This document shows, one piece after another, positions 63,546 through 64,000 of a stretch of DNA of 64,000 nucleotides. Within the stretch, counting starts at the first letter, position 1; the number at the start of each line of letters is the position of its first letter. Under the pieces are notes generated by a model. The model ran no database searches and was not told the origin of the DNA. It was given only the letters and a program-made list of their open reading frames with translations. The translations under genes were made by a program, and so were the position numbers. This DNA is from a virus (Duplodnaviria > Caudoviricetes), in the IMG/VR virus record IMGVR_UViG_3300002168_000002, positions 1 through 64,000 of that record. One strand, written 5' to 3'.

Positions 63546-63821
63546 ATGACAAGAGGAGAATTGGAATATGCGGTTCGTCAAGCCCTTAATAACCTTGATA
63601 AATGGAATGATATAACTGGCTACCTTCAAAAAGGAACAAGTTATTATTATGAGATTCAAGGTATAATTGAAGATGCTGTAAAAATAGGTTCTAAAATTGC
63701 TATTGAAGGTATAAATGCTGATTTAAGTGATATTTTTGAACCTGATGAAGAGACAAAAGATACGGAGTTTAAAAACTTCAATGCATTCTTAATAGACAGA
63801 AAATTAACGGGTCACACTTAA
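63546..63821 (+). CDS. hypothetical protein
   Basis: RBS AAGGAG. Confidence 0.7.
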   Translation: MTRGELEYAVRQALNNLDKWNDITGYLQKGTSYYYEIQGIIEDAVKIGSKIAIEGINADLSDIFEPDEETKDTEFKNFNAFLIDRKLTGHT

Positions 63822-63877
63822 AATTAGCATCAATATTGTGTTTTATCACATTATTAAAATAATAGGAGGATGTTAAC

Positions 63878-64000
63878 TTGAAATGTTTTTACCATAATGA
63901 TTTAGATGGTAGATGTGCGGGATCAATAGTTGCTCAATATGAGAACAACTATAATCGTAAAAACTTCTTTGAAGTAGATTATATAATGCAATTACCATTA
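63878..64000 (+). CDS. DHH-family phosphoesterase, N-terminal fragment
   Basis: TTG start after AGGAG; KCFYHNDLDGRCAG (H-x-D-x-DG motif). Confidence 0.7.
   Translation, partial: MKCFYHNDLDGRCAGSIVAQYENNYNRKNFFEVDYIMQLPL

Noticed and set aside
63741-63790. Hammerhead core CTGATGA (also near 40146)
   Set aside because: Inside coding sequence, with no supporting stems or properly placed GAAA

Overview
AT-rich segment of a large SPbeta-like phage or prophage of a spore-forming Bacillota host (probably Clostridia). No virion structural genes, tRNAs, rRNAs or CRISPR array were recognised. Left arm (1-11.7 kb, minus strand): start of a TnpB-like gene, a YonO-type single-subunit RNA polymerase, an SF2 helicase, a tyrosine recombinase, and a ParM/ParR + membrane proteins + FtsK/SpoIIIE + replication-relaxation module behind a sigmaE-like promoter. 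A repeat-rich strand-switch region (11.7-12.9 kb) follows. Right arm (12.9-64 kb, plus strand): a long early/accessory region of roughly 90 mostly small genes, including an amidoligase + glutamine amidotransferase pair, a phage sigma factor, DUF262, DUF932, MazF, YopQ/MrpR-like regulators, macrodomain, SLOG, two DNA methyltransferases, an SLT and a Pnkp-RNA ligase fusion. The most striking signals are non-coding: (i) 12 copies of a fixed-spacing phage promoter starting right after the sigma gene and 6 copies of a second one, built into terminator-promoter-RBS cassettes, some of them collapsed or empty; (ii) a well-formed pistol ribozyme and five related RNase III-like hairpins; (iii) about 20 copies of an 18-bp ATAAAA-N6-TTTKAT element at gene boundaries, suggesting an integron-like cassette array. 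All family assignments come from motif recognition by eye; no database search was run.
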